DNA of 64,000 nucleotides. It comes from Raillietiella orientalis. Its lineage: Eukaryota. The first letter of the stretch is position 1, and each line of letters begins with the position of its first letter. Positions 62,980-64,000 of the stretch are shown here, piece after piece. The position numbers and the translations under genes were made by a program. The DNA lies in the NCBI GenBank assembly GCA_036172245.1, contig JAYWIR010000008.1:2976001-3040000 (forward strand). The letters run 5' to 3'. The notes under the pieces were generated by a model. That model saw only the letters and a program-made list of their open reading frames with translations. It ran no database searches and was not told the origin of the DNA.

Positions 62980-64000
62980 CGTCAGCTCATCGGGAAATCC
63001 GGGATTTCAGCTCTCTAGGAACGCGTCGTCCCGAGAGAGCTGGAAATCTCAAGAACATGACGCGGAGCAGCTCTTTGGTTGACCGAACTGATCCGTGATG
63101 CAGCATGGATTTGAGCCGCAGCCCGGTCAACCACAGTGGCTCTCGTCCATGACTGGAATTGACCAAACAGTCGCTCCATTAACTAAGAATGGTTATGCAC
63201 CATAACCACCGTCCACCGAACCGAGAAAGAGCTACCAGCCTGTCGACCCTCCCAGTGTACGAGCCTAATGAGACTCCCAGTGCTGAGTCTGAAGAATCTG
63301 CATCCAAAAAAAGAAAACCACAACTCCCATCTGCATCAGTAGATATTCTGTCCATTCGTTCATCGGAGGGATGCCTCCCATCTATGGGTCCAATGTTCGC
63401 GATGTCAGAGACAACCGTAAAGCTCTTTGTCTTGTGGAGGTACAGCCACGCGATCGCCAGCTCCCCCATCATCACTTCGTTTGGAAGATCCCAACTGTAA
63501 GAGCTGAAAATCCCAAGGACGTACGCCAAGCAGCCCGGCAGGCTGATGGCGCCGGCCAACATCAGCTGCACGCACATCCGAGCACATCCGCACCGGATGC
63601 ACGGACCGGAACACCTTCCGAACGACAGACATGGTCGGATCTCCAGGAGAAGACCTCTGGACCGGTGCGGTTCCAAAAACTCGATCTAGCGGATCTCGGG
63701 CCAGCTGTAAAAAGCTTCCCGGTTTTCTAGCGCGAGTCCTTGGTCCCACCTCTCTGCCCAAAGGGATGGAGTTGGACAGGCAGAAGGAAAGGTGGAAGCA
63801 GTAGATGACCTCTCCCTCGCCTTTCTTCTCCACCCGATGGAGCCCGTATTTTGCAAACGTATCCATGGTGATTCTCGAAAGCGTTGCCGATTTTTTGAAG
63901 AACGAAGCAGGGCTGCTGCACCCTCCAGCATATCTGCTTCGGAAGTTCTCCCGGTCTCATTCTGAACTCACCGGATGTCAGCTCCGTATCTTTCAGCATG
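62980..64000 (-). mobile_element. Decayed L1/Tx1-clade RT, running off the right edge of the window
   Basis: Minus strand, ordered: FRMRPG; GNAFENHH/MDTFAKYG (~63890-63845); SIPLGREVG..SFLQLARDPL (~63770-63688, RGVRQG..LF.LA.EPL); GAISLPG.LAYV (~63555-63519); LHKTKS (~63430); ALGVSLG (~63270); LSRFGGR (~63220). Confidence 0.7.

Overview
GC-rich animal (metazoan) genomic DNA; nothing prokaryotic. It holds one clear protein-coding gene: a 7-exon LIM-homeobox gene of the Lhx1/5 (Lim1) class on the + strand (CDS 12185-22992, 1305 nt spliced, 434 aa, GT-AG introns with consistent phases). Much of the remaining non-simple-repeat DNA appears to be a graveyard of heavily decayed L1/Tx1-clade non-LTR retrotransposon ORF2 relics on both strands. 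I recognised these by eye from ordered, degenerate endonuclease, RT and zinc-finger motifs, so their boundaries are approximate and need HMM confirmation. Also present: two copies of a ~700 bp tRNA-headed SINE-like element, a perfect 235 bp inverted repeat lying in register inside two oppositely oriented RT relics, a diverged tail-to-tail inverted repeat, many microsatellite or low-complexity tracts, and small AT-rich islands with homeodomain, Pbx-Hox and Forkhead-type motifs that may be lim1 enhancers. Most ORFs in the supplied track are spurious products of high GC content.
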